DNA of 64,000 nt from Clostridia bacterium (GTDB lineage: Bacteria; Bacillota; Clostridia; CAKSNL01; HGM11501): the NCBI GenBank assembly GCA_045545475.1, contig JAZQAZ010000015.1:1-64000 (forward strand). The letters run 5' to 3'. How positions within the stretch are numbered: position 1 is the stretch's first letter; the number at the start of each line of letters is the position of its first letter. The notes beneath the pieces are model-generated. The model was not told the origin of the DNA. It saw nothing but the letters and a program-made list of their open reading frames with translations, and did not search any database. The position numbers and the translations under genes are program-made. This document shows positions 1 to 9,882 of this stretch, one piece after another.

Positions 1-6
1 TTCGCA

Positions 7-113
7 GTTTTGGGTTAGGAATTTTTCGCCTTAGAGAAGTTAAAAAACGCAGTCATACTGGCGTATGTCTGCGTTTTTTTGCGCACTATCAGCGGAAAAT
101 AACAAGCCAAAAC
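7..113. repeat. Long imperfect nested palindrome (REP/MITE-like element), possibly truncated by the window edge
   Basis: GTTTTGG(7-13)/CCAAAAC(107-113), ATTTTTCGC(21-29)/GCGGAAAAT(92-100), AAAAAACGCAG(42-52)/CTGCGTTTTTT(69-79), apex CATAC-tggc-GTATG. Confidence 0.6.
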
Positions 114-158
114 CGGCTTCTCCCTAAGAAGTACCGCCGAAAGTGCATCGGTTTTTTA

Positions 159-1232
159 TTATTTTGAATACTTGTCAACAACCTTCGCCATATCGTCCAT
201 CTTGCTTTCCATATCGGCAACAAGTTTGAACTGATTTCTTGCTCTGTCAAGGTTATGAGAAGGCTTATGGATTTTGAAATATGTATCTCCGTTTATATAG
301 TCTGCAAGAAAACGGATTCCGCATTCCAAAGTAAGAAGCTTTGCAGAGAAAGGAAGATATTCTCTTTCAGTTTCCGTAAGAATTGCACCTGTCTCTTCAA
401 GATAGCCCTTTGCAAAGGCCTCGTAAAGTTCCATATCAAACCAGATTTTAGAAAGGTCTGTCTCATCTTCAGCACCACTTGATGCACCGAATCTTAAAGC
501 ATCTCCAAAATCGTATAAAAGAGAACCGGGCATAACAGTATCAAGATCCACAACGCAAACGCCTTCGCCTGTCTTTTCGTCAAGCATAACGTTATTAAGC
601 TTTGTATCGTTGTGAGTTACTCTTACAGGAATTTTTCCCTCTGCTATTGCACGTACAACCTTACCTGCTTCTTCTCTTCTTGCCATTGCAAAATCAATTT
701 CTGCCTGAACCTCGGCTACTCTGCCCTTGGGATCGGCTTTAATTGCGGCATCAAGCTGTTCATAGCGAACGGGAGTATTGTGGAAGTCAACTATTGTCTC
801 ATGAAGAGTTTCTGCCGGATATTTATCAAGGAACATTGCAAAACGGCCGAATGACTTTGCAGCATTGTAAAACTGAGTGGGGTTTTCAACCTTGTTATAG
901 CTTAACGCCTTATCTATAAACTTATAAATTCTGTAGCAGCTTCCGTCAGACGCCTTATAATAGTTATCACCCTTCTTGGTCTTGATAACAGTAAGAGTTT
1001 CTCTGTCGGGATCTCCGCCTACAGCTTTAATCTTTTCTCTTAAATATTCAGTTACATTCGCAATATTTTCCATAAGACCGTCGGCATCTTTAAATATACC
1101 GGTGTTTATCTTCTGCAAAATATAACTTTTTCTTGTAAGAAGATATGTGTCATTTATATGTCCGTCTCCATAAGGTGATGCTTTATCTTCAAGATCGTAT
1201 TCCTTTAATATCTCATTTAAGCAATCCATCAT
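159..1232 (-). CDS. Aminoglycoside-phosphotransferase-fold sugar kinase, N-acetylhexosamine 1-kinase (NahK/LnpB)-like
   Basis: GDGHINDTY N-terminal loop, LQKIN, Brenner motif HNDTKLNN, DLDT, RFLADYINGDTYFK and HNLDRARNQ. Confidence 0.8.
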   Translation of the reverse strand: MMDCLNEILKEYDLEDKASPYGDGHINDTYLLTRKSYILQKINTGIFKDADGLMENIANVTEYLREKIKAVGGDPDRETLTVIKTKKGDNYYKASDGSCYRIYKFIDKALSYNKVENPTQFYNAAKSFGRFAMFLDKYPAETLHETIVDFHNTPVRYEQLDAAIKADPKGRVAEVQAEIDFAMARREEAGKVVRAIAEGKIPVRVTHNDTKLNNVMLDEKTGEGVCVVDLDTVMPGSLLYDFGDALRFGASSGAEDETDLSKIWFDMELYEAFAKGYLEETGAILTETEREYLPFSAKLLTLECGIRFLADYINGDTYFKIHKPSHNLDRARNQFKLVADMESKMDDMAKVVDKYSK

Positions 1233-2061
1233 ATAATCCCCTTTTCTGCATATCCTGAAGAGCCTCTCTTACTCCGTCGGCGTCTTCTCTGTAGGTAACT
1301 CCGTACCACTTATCATCTGTTTCATAAACCTTAACTTTTGTGTTACCTTCCTTTATGGCACGGTCTATTGCCGTAGGAAGGAAAAATTCGCTCTTTGGAA
1401 CAGAAATTTTTTCTGTTAAAAATTCGCTGAAATAAGGTCTTAAAAAATCAAAAATCTTAGGAGTAAGTCCCCACATATTCATAGATACAAGAGTATCTTC
1501 GGCATATCCGCTGTTTTTATCAACGCTTGTTTCATCGATATTTGCAAGATAGTCATCTTCAACCTTACATACACCTCTTGAAACCTTACCTGTTTCAGAA
1601 AGAGTATTGTAGAGCTTATAGCCTGCAAGTGCAAAGTCCTCAGACTCATCAAGATGTGCCTTTAACTTCTTGAGCCCTTCCTTGCCGTAGTAGTCATCGG
1701 CATTGATTATTACAAAAGGAGAATCTATAAGGCTCTGTGCACATAAAAGTGCATGGCCGGTTCCCCAAGGCTTCGTTCTGTCCGAGGGAACTGCAAATCC
1801 CATGGGAATTTTATTAAGTTCCTGATAAGCGTACTTTACAGGAATCTTAGCCTCAGTTCTCTTTCCTACAGTTTCCTTAAAATCCTTTTCAATTTCTTTC
1901 TTTATTATGAATATAACTTCGCTGAAACCTGCTTCAATGGCGTCATTTACAGAAAAGTCAAGGATTGCTTCTCCGTTAAGGCCAAAAGGCTCCATCTGCT
2001 TGAGTCCGCCAAATCGGCTACCCATACCTGCTGCCAAAACTACCAAAGCTGTCTTTTTCAT
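1213..2061 (-). CDS. Sugar-phosphate nucleotidyltransferase (NTP_transferase family)
   Basis: LAAGMGSRFGGLKQ, KPWGTGHA and INADDYYG motifs; overlaps the kinase gene. Confidence 0.85.
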   Translation of the reverse strand: MKKTALVVLAAGMGSRFGGLKQMEPFGLNGEAILDFSVNDAIEAGFSEVIFIIKKEIEKDFKETVGKRTEAKIPVKYAYQELNKIPMGFAVPSDRTKPWGTGHALLCAQSLIDSPFVIINADDYYGKEGLKKLKAHLDESEDFALAGYKLYNTLSETGKVSRGVCKVEDDYLANIDETSVDKNSGYAEDTLVSMNMWGLTPKIFDFLRPYFSEFLTEKISVPKSEFFLPTAIDRAIKEGNTKVKVYETDDKWYGVTYREDADGVREALQDMQKRGLYDGLLK

Positions 2062-2084
2062 AATCCTTCATTCCTTCCTTTTAA

Positions 2085-3071
2085 TCAAACTTCTTCTTTT
2101 TTACCTCGCATCATAAGATCGAGAACCGCTGTCCTCGGATTTTTATTTTCATAAAGAACGGCATACGCCTCGTTTACAATGGGCATATCCACGTTCAGTT
2201 TTTTCGCCAGTTCATATGCTGCAGAGCAGCTTGTTATACCTTCTGTAACCATTTTAATTTCAGAAAGTGTTTCATCAAGGCTTTTGCCCTGACCAAGCAG
2301 AATTCCCGCACGGCGATTTCTGCTGTGCATACTGGTACAGGTAACAATCAAGTCCCCTATTCCGGTAAGTCCCATAAAGGTTTCTCTTTTTCCGCCAAGT
2401 GCCACTCCAAGCCTTGTGATTTCAGAAAGCCCCCTTGTCATGAGTGCCGCTTTGGTATTGTCTCCGTAAGAGAGTCCGTCAACCATTCCGGCACAAAGGG
2501 CAATGACATTTTTAAGTGCACCGCCTATTTCAACTCCGCATACGTCAGTATTCGTATAAACTCTGAAGCTTTCGCACATAAAAATATCCTGCACTTTTTC
2601 CGCCAGAACCTGATTTTCAGATGCCGCAACAACGGTTGTCGGTATGAAACGTGCAACTTCCTCTGCATGAGATGGGCCTGACAAGACAACAACATTGGAA
2701 TCCGGAATTTCTTCTTCGATACACTCTGACATAGTCTTTAGACTTCCCTGTTCCAAACCTTTAGTGCAGTTAACAATTATTCTGTCGCCTATAAAAGGAG
2801 CCATTAATTTGGCATATGCCCGAAGTCTGTGGCTGGGAAGCACCGTAACTACAACCTCTGCCCAAGTCACAGCCTTTTCAAGATCACTTGTGTATATTAT
2901 ACTATCCGGAAGCTTAATTCCCGGAAGATATGCTTTGTTTTCTTTTTCAGACAACAAAACATCGCTCTCTTCCTTACACCAGGACCAGAGCGTCACATCA
3001 TGACCTTTTTTGTCGAGCAGGACAGCCAGAGCAGTGCCCCAGCCACCTGAACCTATTACAGATACTTTCAT
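2085..3071 (-). CDS. gpsA: NAD(P)H-dependent glycerol-3-phosphate dehydrogenase
   Basis: GSGGWGTA Rossmann motif, SGPSHAEEV, GGALKNVIA, GDLIVTCTSMHSRN; start moved to ATG 3071 after an SD. Confidence 0.95.
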   Translation of the reverse strand: MKVSVIGSGGWGTALAVLLDKKGHDVTLWSWCKEESDVLLSEKENKAYLPGIKLPDSIIYTSDLEKAVTWAEVVVTVLPSHRLRAYAKLMAPFIGDRIIVNCTKGLEQGSLKTMSECIEEEIPDSNVVVLSGPSHAEEVARFIPTTVVAASENQVLAEKVQDIFMCESFRVYTNTDVCGVEIGGALKNVIALCAGMVDGLSYGDNTKAALMTRGLSEITRLGVALGGKRETFMGLTGIGDLIVTCTSMHSRNRRAGILLGQGKSLDETLSEIKMVTEGITSCSAAYELAKKLNVDMPIVNEAYAVLYENKNPRTAVLDLMMRGKKEEV

Positions 3072-3110
3072 TATATACCCTTTCTTAGTACATGTCAACC
3101 ATCAAATTGA

Positions 3111-3728
3111 CTATTTTTTACTAAATGTAGTCTTAGTTTCTGTGCCTTTTATCAATCTTACTATATTTGTTCTGTGCCTTATTATCGTCAAAACCGCCGC
3201 AAAAGCAACAAACCAGAAAACCTCTGTCTCCGATATAAAAAGTGATGCCGCAACCGCAATGCAGGCACTCATTATGGAGCCAAGGGACACAAAACGGCTG
3301 AGAGAAAATATTACGATAAAGCTTAAAAGAGCAACAAGACCGATTCTCCAGTCAATCATAAATAGGGATGTTGCAGAAACCACAACACCTTTTCCTCCCT
3401 TAAATCCGAAATAAAGGGGAAAATTATGTCCAAGTATGCAGCCTGCAGCCGCAAAATATTCACACAAAACCTGACCGAAATCCACAAATCTGTCTGCTAT
3501 AATACCGGCTGTAATTACTGCAACAACACATTTTAATATATCGCCAAACATTACAATAAGTGCAGAAGCTTTTCCGTAGTTTCTGAGCATATTGGTCGCT
3601 CCTGCATTTCCGCTACCCATGGTACGCACATCCTTGCCCATTGCTTTTGAAAGGATAATTGCAGGATTGATGCTTCCGAAAAGGTAGCCTATCAAAAGGC
3701 TTATTGCAAAAAAAAGATAATTTTCCAT
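3111..3728 (-). CDS. plsY: Glycerol-3-phosphate acyltransferase PlsY
   Basis: GSGNAGATNMLR, GHNFP, FKGGKGV, RHRTNIVRL; der-plsY-gpsA synteny. Confidence 0.95.
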   Translation of the reverse strand: MENYLFFAISLLIGYLFGSINPAIILSKAMGKDVRTMGSGNAGATNMLRNYGKASALIVMFGDILKCVVAVITAGIIADRFVDFGQVLCEYFAAAGCILGHNFPLYFGFKGGKGVVVSATSLFMIDWRIGLVALLSFIVIFSLSRFVSLGSIMSACIAVAASLFISETEVFWFVAFAAVLTIIRHRTNIVRLIKGTETKTTFSKK

Positions 3729-3739
3729 AGCTTTTCTCC

Positions 3740-5074
3740 TTACTTCTTTTCGTCTTCGTTACGTTCTCTTATGACGAACTTAACAGGCGTTCCGGTTAAG
3801 TCAAAGGCATTTCTTATCTGATTTTCAATATAGCGAAGATATGAAAAATGGAAAAGTTCCTTATCGTTTACAAAAAGAACAAATGTGGGAGGTGCAGTCG
3901 AAGCCTGGGTTGCATAATAAATTTTAAGCCTTTTACCCTTATCTGAAGGTGCCTGATTTTTATTTACAGCCTCATTTATTATATCATTAAGTGCTCCTGT
4001 TGAAATGTGGGTGTTATGTGCCTTATGAACAAACTTTACGGTTTCAAGCAGTTTTTCTGTTCGCTGGCCTGTTTTCGCACTTATATAAACCTGAGGTGCA
4101 TAGTTCATAAAAGGAAGTTTTTCTTCTATACTCTTTTTGAATTCAGACATGGTCTTATCGTCTTTTTCGATTAAGTCCCATTTATTTACGGCAATTATGC
4201 TCGCCCTTCCGTTATCATGGGCATAGCCTGCAATTTTTGAATCCTGTTCACTTATGCCTTCGGATGCGTCTATCATCAAAATAGATACATCACTTTTTTC
4301 AATGGCATTCAAAGAACGTACAACGCTGTAGCGTTCAACATTGTCGTCTATCTTTCCTCTCTTACGCATTCCGGCCGTGTCAACAATAATGTACTTCTGT
4401 CCGTCCTTTTCAAGATAAGAGTCTATCGCATCTCTGGTAGTTCCCGGAATATTACTTACAATAACTCTTTCTTCTCCCAGAAGATGATTAAATAGAGTGG
4501 ATTTTCCTGCATTCGGTTTGCCTGTTACGGCAACACGGATTACATCTTCTTCGCTGCTTTCATCAAAGTCGGATTCGTCAAAATATGAGCAAACTTCATC
4601 CAAAAGCTCGCCAAGTCCCATACCGTGGGTGGAGCTTACAGCAATCGGTTCTCCTATTCCCAAATTGTAAAACTCATAAAACTCCATGGGAGGGTTTCCG
4701 GGAGAGTCACTCTTATTCACCGCAAGAACCACAGGCTTTCCGGACTTTTGCAATATTGCCGCAACTTCGGCATCGGACGCCGTCATAGATGTTTTAACAT
4801 CAACCATGAATATAATAACATCCGCCTGTTCTATTGCAAGGTCAGCCTGACGCTTCATCTGTGATAAAATTATATCATCACTTTTAGGCTCAATACCGCC
4901 GGTATCGATTAAAGTAAATACCTTTCCGCACCATTCTGCATCTTTATAAATTCTGTCACGGGTAATACCCGGAGTATCTTCAACGATAGCTGTTCTTCCG
5001 CCGGTAAGTCTGTTAAAAAGTGTTGATTTTCCTACGTTAGGTCTTCCTACTATGGCAACACAAGGTTTTGACAT
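3740..5074 (-). CDS. der: Ribosome biogenesis GTPase Der (EngA)
   Basis: Two GTPase domains (GRPNVGKS...DTGG; GKPNAGKS...DTAG...NKWD) plus KH-like C-terminus. Confidence 0.97.
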   Translation of the reverse strand: MSKPCVAIVGRPNVGKSTLFNRLTGGRTAIVEDTPGITRDRIYKDAEWCGKVFTLIDTGGIEPKSDDIILSQMKRQADLAIEQADVIIFMVDVKTSMTASDAEVAAILQKSGKPVVLAVNKSDSPGNPPMEFYEFYNLGIGEPIAVSSTHGMGLGELLDEVCSYFDESDFDESSEEDVIRVAVTGKPNAGKSTLFNHLLGEERVIVSNIPGTTRDAIDSYLEKDGQKYIIVDTAGMRKRGKIDDNVERYSVVRSLNAIEKSDVSILMIDASEGISEQDSKIAGYAHDNGRASIIAVNKWDLIEKDDKTMSEFKKSIEEKLPFMNYAPQVYISAKTGQRTEKLLETVKFVHKAHNTHISTGALNDIINEAVNKNQAPSDKGKRLKIYYATQASTAPPTFVLFVNDKELFHFSYLRYIENQIRNAFDLTGTPVKFVIRERNEDEKK

Positions 5075-5092
5075 AAAAAGACCTCCTTTCTT

Positions 5093-6403
5093 TTATTCTG
5101 CTATATTGCAGATTGCATCAACGGTTGAAAAACCGTCAGTCTTAATTTTTGTGATTTTAACCCCAAGCTCTTTTTCAAGAGTTTCTATTGTAATATCGTC
5201 AAGCATAATGTCTGTTGAATCCCGGAACATAACTTCGGGCATAAGCATTTCCTTCGGAAGCACCTTTCCCCTTAACTGCGATATAACATCGCTTCCGGTA
5301 ACCAGTCCCGAAACTGTTACACTCTCTCCGAAAAAGTCGTTTCTTATTGCAAAAACTTTTGTATCAACCGAAGAGCATTTCTCCTTTACCTTCTTTGCAG
5401 TTTCACACATTAAGTCATATGCGGCAAATCCCGTGATGATTCCGATTTCTCTCTCCGGAAGATTTTCAGGCAGCTCAGAAATGGCAAGTCCCGCCTCCTC
5501 ACGGAAGGAGGTTATCATTCCGACTCCGTTTTCGATCTGCGGATAACCGTCATAGCTTTCTTCAGAGGGCAGAGGTATTTCAGCTTTCAGGTAAAACTCA
5601 TCCGAGGCATACACAAAATTCACGCCGTATTTCTTATATGCCTTTTTCTGAAAAACTTCAATCTGTTTTACGACTTCCAGCGAATCTTCCTTACCGAAGG
5701 GCAAAAGCTGCGGCAGATTGTCTCTATATTTCGTAAGTCCTACGGGCACAACACTTAAACTTGCCACATAAGGATAAAGCTTTAAAAGCTTTCCTATTGT
5801 TTTTGAAAGCTCTTTTTTATCGTTTACTCCCTTAACCAAGACCACCTGACAGTTCATGATTATTTTATGTCTTGCCAGTTTTTTCATAAGTTTGTAAACC
5901 TTTCCGGCATCCTTATTCTTAAGCATATCCACCCTAAGCGAAGGATTTACCGTATGGACAGATACATTCACAGGACTTATATGCTGACGGATAATTCTTT
6001 CGATGTCCTCGTCAGAAAGATTTGTAAGAGTTATATAGCTTCCCGTAAGAAAGGAAAGACGGACATCGTCGTCCTTGACATATAAGCTCTCGCGCATCCC
6101 CTTAGGCATCTGGTCAATAAAGCAGAAGATACACTTATTTTTGCATCTTCTGGTCTTATCCGCATCTCCAAAACAAAGAGTAAGCCCTATATCTTCGCCT
6201 GTCTCATTTCCAATTTCAAAATTCAGCGACGCACCGTCCCTTTCCGCCTCAATAATAACAAAAGGATCTGCCGAGAAAAAACGAAAATCCAGTATGTCGC
6301 GGATTTTTTCATTATTTATACTTTTTATAAGGTCGCCGCATTTAATGCCCGCCTTATCTGCAAGGCTTTCTTGCGAAACCTCCGTGACAACAGGATAATT
6401 CAT
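5093..6403 (-). CDS. PDZ + radical-SAM-like DUF512 Fe-S protein
   Basis: N-terminal PDZ-like segment, CKNKCIFCFIDQMP (CxxxCxxC), YVKDDDVRLSFL, YPQIENGVGM; commonly sits next to der; start chosen by SD spacing. Confidence 0.85.
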   Translation of the reverse strand: MNYPVVTEVSQESLADKAGIKCGDLIKSINNEKIRDILDFRFFSADPFVIIEAERDGASLNFEIGNETGEDIGLTLCFGDADKTRRCKNKCIFCFIDQMPKGMRESLYVKDDDVRLSFLTGSYITLTNLSDEDIERIIRQHISPVNVSVHTVNPSLRVDMLKNKDAGKVYKLMKKLARHKIIMNCQVVLVKGVNDKKELSKTIGKLLKLYPYVASLSVVPVGLTKYRDNLPQLLPFGKEDSLEVVKQIEVFQKKAYKKYGVNFVYASDEFYLKAEIPLPSEESYDGYPQIENGVGMITSFREEAGLAISELPENLPEREIGIITGFAAYDLMCETAKKVKEKCSSVDTKVFAIRNDFFGESVTVSGLVTGSDVISQLRGKVLPKEMLMPEVMFRDSTDIMLDDITIETLEKELGVKITKIKTDGFSTVDAICNIAE

Positions 6404-6405
6404 TT

Positions 6406-7719
6406 TCATAACTCCTTGATTAAACTCAAAATCTTTTCCACATATTTTTTCTGAATGGTAAATTCCATCTCGCCGTTTCTCAAAACAGCATAGTTCATGG
6501 CATCGTACTTTATATATCTTGTTACATCTTTTCCGTCTGCCGTATGGAAAGTTATAATAACTTCTGAAACGTCGGTATCAATTTCTTTTTCCACATTTCC
6601 CTGATAAGTAAGTGAAATGAGATTTCTGTAAAAATCCTGGGCTGCTTCAAGCTCCAGAGCTTTTCCGGAAATAGTTGGTGTATCCCCCGTAACAAGTTCA
6701 TATTTTTCGCCGTGTGCTTCAATCGTGACTTTGGAGACTTCGTCAAAATAATAAAGGGCGATATGCTTATCCACAAGGTCGAAGGCTGTATAATCCATAA
6801 ACGCAAGTTCTTCTTTTGATACCTTGTAGGCTCCCTTTTTACCCTCCGGTTTTACATAGAAATCTCCGTCAGAGGTTTTGTTTCCTACGATAAATTTGCC
6901 CGAAGAATCCTTTGCAGTATAGGAAAAATATTTTCCGCTTTCCGTAAATCCGCACTCTTCATCTGATGCATACGGATTATACTCTGTAGCCACGGTATTT
7001 GCCAGCATTTCAAAAAGGTGCTGCACATCATTTGGGGAAGCATTCTCCTTAACCGGGCTTATAAGTCCGTAAGAGAAAAGTGCGTCGGCACTTTCTTCCT
7101 TAAGCTCTTCCTCACTCTTTTTCGAAACAGTAACATTTTCTCCGGATGAGAAAATCGTAACGGAAGAAATTTCAGAAATTTCTTCATCTATCAATGTCAT
7201 ATCGGCAAAAGCACGCATTCCCACAAGGAAGAGTCCCGCCTCCGATATATCCATGGTATAAACATTTTTATCGTCTAAAGTGAAATAATGTTTTGCTCCT
7301 ACTATGGAATTACCTATTTTTATAAAACCGGCATTTCCTCCTGCTGTCACATATTTCGCAGTTGCCACAGGCTTGTCCAGGCCGTATTTCGCCATGGACG
7401 CAACATCTTTTTCGATTTCGTCAACTGCATAAGTTTCTCTGATGATGCTTTCTATTCCGTAAATTGTATTTCCGCTTGTCTTTACATATTCGGTGAAAAT
7501 ATTCATCCATTCCCCGTTTTTCTTTTCAAAGCCGAAAACTCCGGATGTGTTCACAAGCGAAATTTCACTTATGTCTTCTTCAACGGTTTTTACCGTGAAA
7601 TATGTTGTTTCGCCTATTTCCTCTTTATTTTCAACATTCTCATCACGAGTCAGAAAATAAAGGGACAACGCCAATGCAAGCACCACAATGAATAAAATTA
7701 TAAGTCTTAATTTTTTCAC
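6406..7719 (-). CDS. DUF4340-family membrane-anchored protein
   Basis: N-terminal TM anchor, KYGLDKP motif, repeated beta-rich units; downstream of the GldG-like gene with overlapping stop/start. Confidence 0.7.
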   Translation of the reverse strand: MKKLRLIILFIVVLALALSLYFLTRDENVENKEEIGETTYFTVKTVEEDISEISLVNTSGVFGFEKKNGEWMNIFTEYVKTSGNTIYGIESIIRETYAVDEIEKDVASMAKYGLDKPVATAKYVTAGGNAGFIKIGNSIVGAKHYFTLDDKNVYTMDISEAGLFLVGMRAFADMTLIDEEISEISSVTIFSSGENVTVSKKSEEELKEESADALFSYGLISPVKENASPNDVQHLFEMLANTVATEYNPYASDEECGFTESGKYFSYTAKDSSGKFIVGNKTSDGDFYVKPEGKKGAYKVSKEELAFMDYTAFDLVDKHIALYYFDEVSKVTIEAHGEKYELVTGDTPTISGKALELEAAQDFYRNLISLTYQGNVEKEIDTDVSEVIITFHTADGKDVTRYIKYDAMNYAVLRNGEMEFTIQKKYVEKILSLIKEL

Positions 7720-9161
7720 AGACGGTGCCTCCTTACAAATACATATATTCCGTATGCAAACATTATTGCCGGAATCACTCCCACAAGAAGTGCAATGTAT
7801 ACGCCAAGGGTATTCTGATCAAGAATTTCCATTTTTTCCTTAACCACATTTTTCGACGCCACAGAAACAGGTGCGTCTTCAATTCCTGACATGTAATTTA
7901 TGCTCTTTATAACAAGATCCTTGTCTCCGTATCCGCCTGTTGCATCAAAATAGCGGTCAAAAAGCATGTAGCAGGAGCCTGACACCAAAAGTCTCGCTGT
8001 GGTTTCTTCATTATAAAGAGGATTTTTTCTTAAGTATACGGAAATATTCTGTTTTCCTTCTTTTGTTACGCTGTAGTTTTCCCTGTTATTTTTCTGCACC
8101 CAGGCCTCTCTCGTCATTGATACGCCGCTTTCGCTTGTTGATACCAAGACATTTGCCTCAATGCCGTCCTTCTCCGTAATTTCTATGGAGTTGGTATCTC
8201 CCTCAAGCACACGAAGATTTGCTCCCGTGGAACGAAGATAACTTGTAATGGCATGCTCATTTATTACAGGAATGAGATAATTTCCTGAAAGACTCTGAGC
8301 AATATATCCCGAATTTTTATCGGAAACACAATCGCTGTTTACTGTAATCCCCCAGTTCTGCTTAAAATAATCATTGATATTTGAAAGCTCATAGGAGGGG
8401 TTGGAATAATACTGTACTCTTCCGCCAATTTCAAGATAGTCGTCTATTTTCTCAATTTCTGTATCGCTGAAGTCTGTTGTAGGACCTGCAAACAAAAGCA
8501 TATCAGCATCCTCGGGAAGTTCATCCGTGGTAAGGTCAATAATTTTTACACTCATGCCTTCTGCATAAAGCATATTCATAAGATAGTCAAGCATCGAAGG
8601 ATTTTCAATCACTTCACCATGCCCCATAGCAATATATACCATCAAAGGCTCTGTTCCCGTAACATAGCGTATTGCAGCCGCCACATATCCTTCAAGATAA
8701 TTTACTTTATTGTTCTCAATTCCGTTATCATTAACCAGGCTCTGTTCTATCATGCTGTTGTCAACAACCCTTTTTTTACCTGTATCGGCACTTTCAACAA
8801 CAACTGAGTTGTAGCTCTTTATCTGGTACTGCCTTGTGAAACCTGGGTCTATATCTATATTAACTTCAGTCACACTGATAAACTCCGAAGATTTCTCAAA
8901 CTCCTCCAGTATTTCTTTATAGCGGCTGTTACGTGAAGATGCATTTGTGGCGTAATAAATCATTATTTCCTTATCAATGGCGGAAATAACCTCCTTTGTC
9001 TCATCGGAAAGAGTAAACACGCCTCCGCCGGTAAGGTCGGCCTTAAGGTCATATTTATCTCCCAAAACGCCGGCCACCAAATTAAGAAGTATAACCGCTG
9101 CAATTACCATGGCAGCAAAGGCTGCACCCTCAAGACGAAATTTTAATTTTCTGTTCTTCAT
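7716..9161 (-). CDS. GldG-like ABC-transporter auxiliary component
   Basis: N-terminal TM, DLTGGGVFTLSDET, GHGE, GPTTDFS, C-terminal TM ending VRRHRL. Confidence 0.8.
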   Translation of the reverse strand: MKNRKLKFRLEGAAFAAMVIAAVILLNLVAGVLGDKYDLKADLTGGGVFTLSDETKEVISAIDKEIMIYYATNASSRNSRYKEILEEFEKSSEFISVTEVNIDIDPGFTRQYQIKSYNSVVVESADTGKKRVVDNSMIEQSLVNDNGIENNKVNYLEGYVAAAIRYVTGTEPLMVYIAMGHGEVIENPSMLDYLMNMLYAEGMSVKIIDLTTDELPEDADMLLFAGPTTDFSDTEIEKIDDYLEIGGRVQYYSNPSYELSNINDYFKQNWGITVNSDCVSDKNSGYIAQSLSGNYLIPVINEHAITSYLRSTGANLRVLEGDTNSIEITEKDGIEANVLVSTSESGVSMTREAWVQKNNRENYSVTKEGKQNISVYLRKNPLYNEETTARLLVSGSCYMLFDRYFDATGGYGDKDLVIKSINYMSGIEDAPVSVASKNVVKEKMEILDQNTLGVYIALLVGVIPAIMFAYGIYVFVRRHRL

Positions 9162-9174
9162 AAAGTGCACCTCC

Positions 9175-9882
9175 TTACCATCTTCTCTTCTCTATGCTAA
9201 GCACCGTAAGGCAATTAAACATAAAAGCAACACTTATATAATAAATAACCGATGTAATGTTAAGTATTCCCAACGAAAAATCATCATAGCGGGCAGCAAA
9301 GGATATGCTTCCCAGAATGTTGTAAAGTACAGGACTTTGAATTGACGGTAAAAGCAAAAGTTCAATTGCCAGCATGGCAATGAAAATCGCAAATGTGATA
9401 ACAGATGAAACCACCTGATTTTCCGTTAATGATGATATAAAAAGTCCTATTGAAGCATAAACCGCAGAATAGAGCAAAAAGCCGAAATATGCCAAAGCGG
9501 TGGTGGCAAATGCCGGATTTCCTCTTAATGCCAATATCACAATATGCGGCACAGTGAATAAAAGAGCAAAGATACAAAGTGCCATAACAGCGAAAAATTT
9601 ACCTGCCACAATAGCTGTGGAAGATACAGGGCTTGTAAGCAGAAGCTGGTCGGTTTTTGCAGCCTTTTCCTCTGAAAGAAGTCTCATTGTCAAAAGGGGC
9701 ATAAGACCAAGCATTGCATAAATCATCCACCTGAATGTGTAGGAAATATCCGAGCTTGTAAGGCCATAGAGATTTACATAGCAGAAAATGCCGGAAAACA
9801 TCAAAATGAAAATCCCAAGAAAAACATATCCCATGGGGTTATTAAGATAGTTTCCGATTTCTCTTTTAAATATTGCCTTCAC
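9175..9882 (-). CDS. ABC-2 type permease, GldF-like
   Basis: AIFKREI, PLLTMRLLSEEK, TDQLLLTSP, GKFFA, IGLFISSLTENQ; GTG start after a GGAGGTG SD. Confidence 0.85.
   Translation of the reverse strand: MKAIFKREIGNYLNNPMGYVFLGIFILMFSGIFCYVNLYGLTSSDISYTFRWMIYAMLGLMPLLTMRLLSEEKAAKTDQLLLTSPVSSTAIVAGKFFAVMALCIFALLFTVPHIVILALRGNPAFATTALAYFGFLLYSAVYASIGLFISSLTENQVVSSVITFAIFIAMLAIELLLLPSIQSPVLYNILGSISFAARYDDFSLGILNITSVIYYISVAFMFNCLTVLSIEKRRW

Noticed and set aside
159-1232. Aminoglycoside resistance phosphotransferase
   Set aside because: The length, motifs and coupling to a nucleotidyltransferase fit sugar kinases of the same fold.
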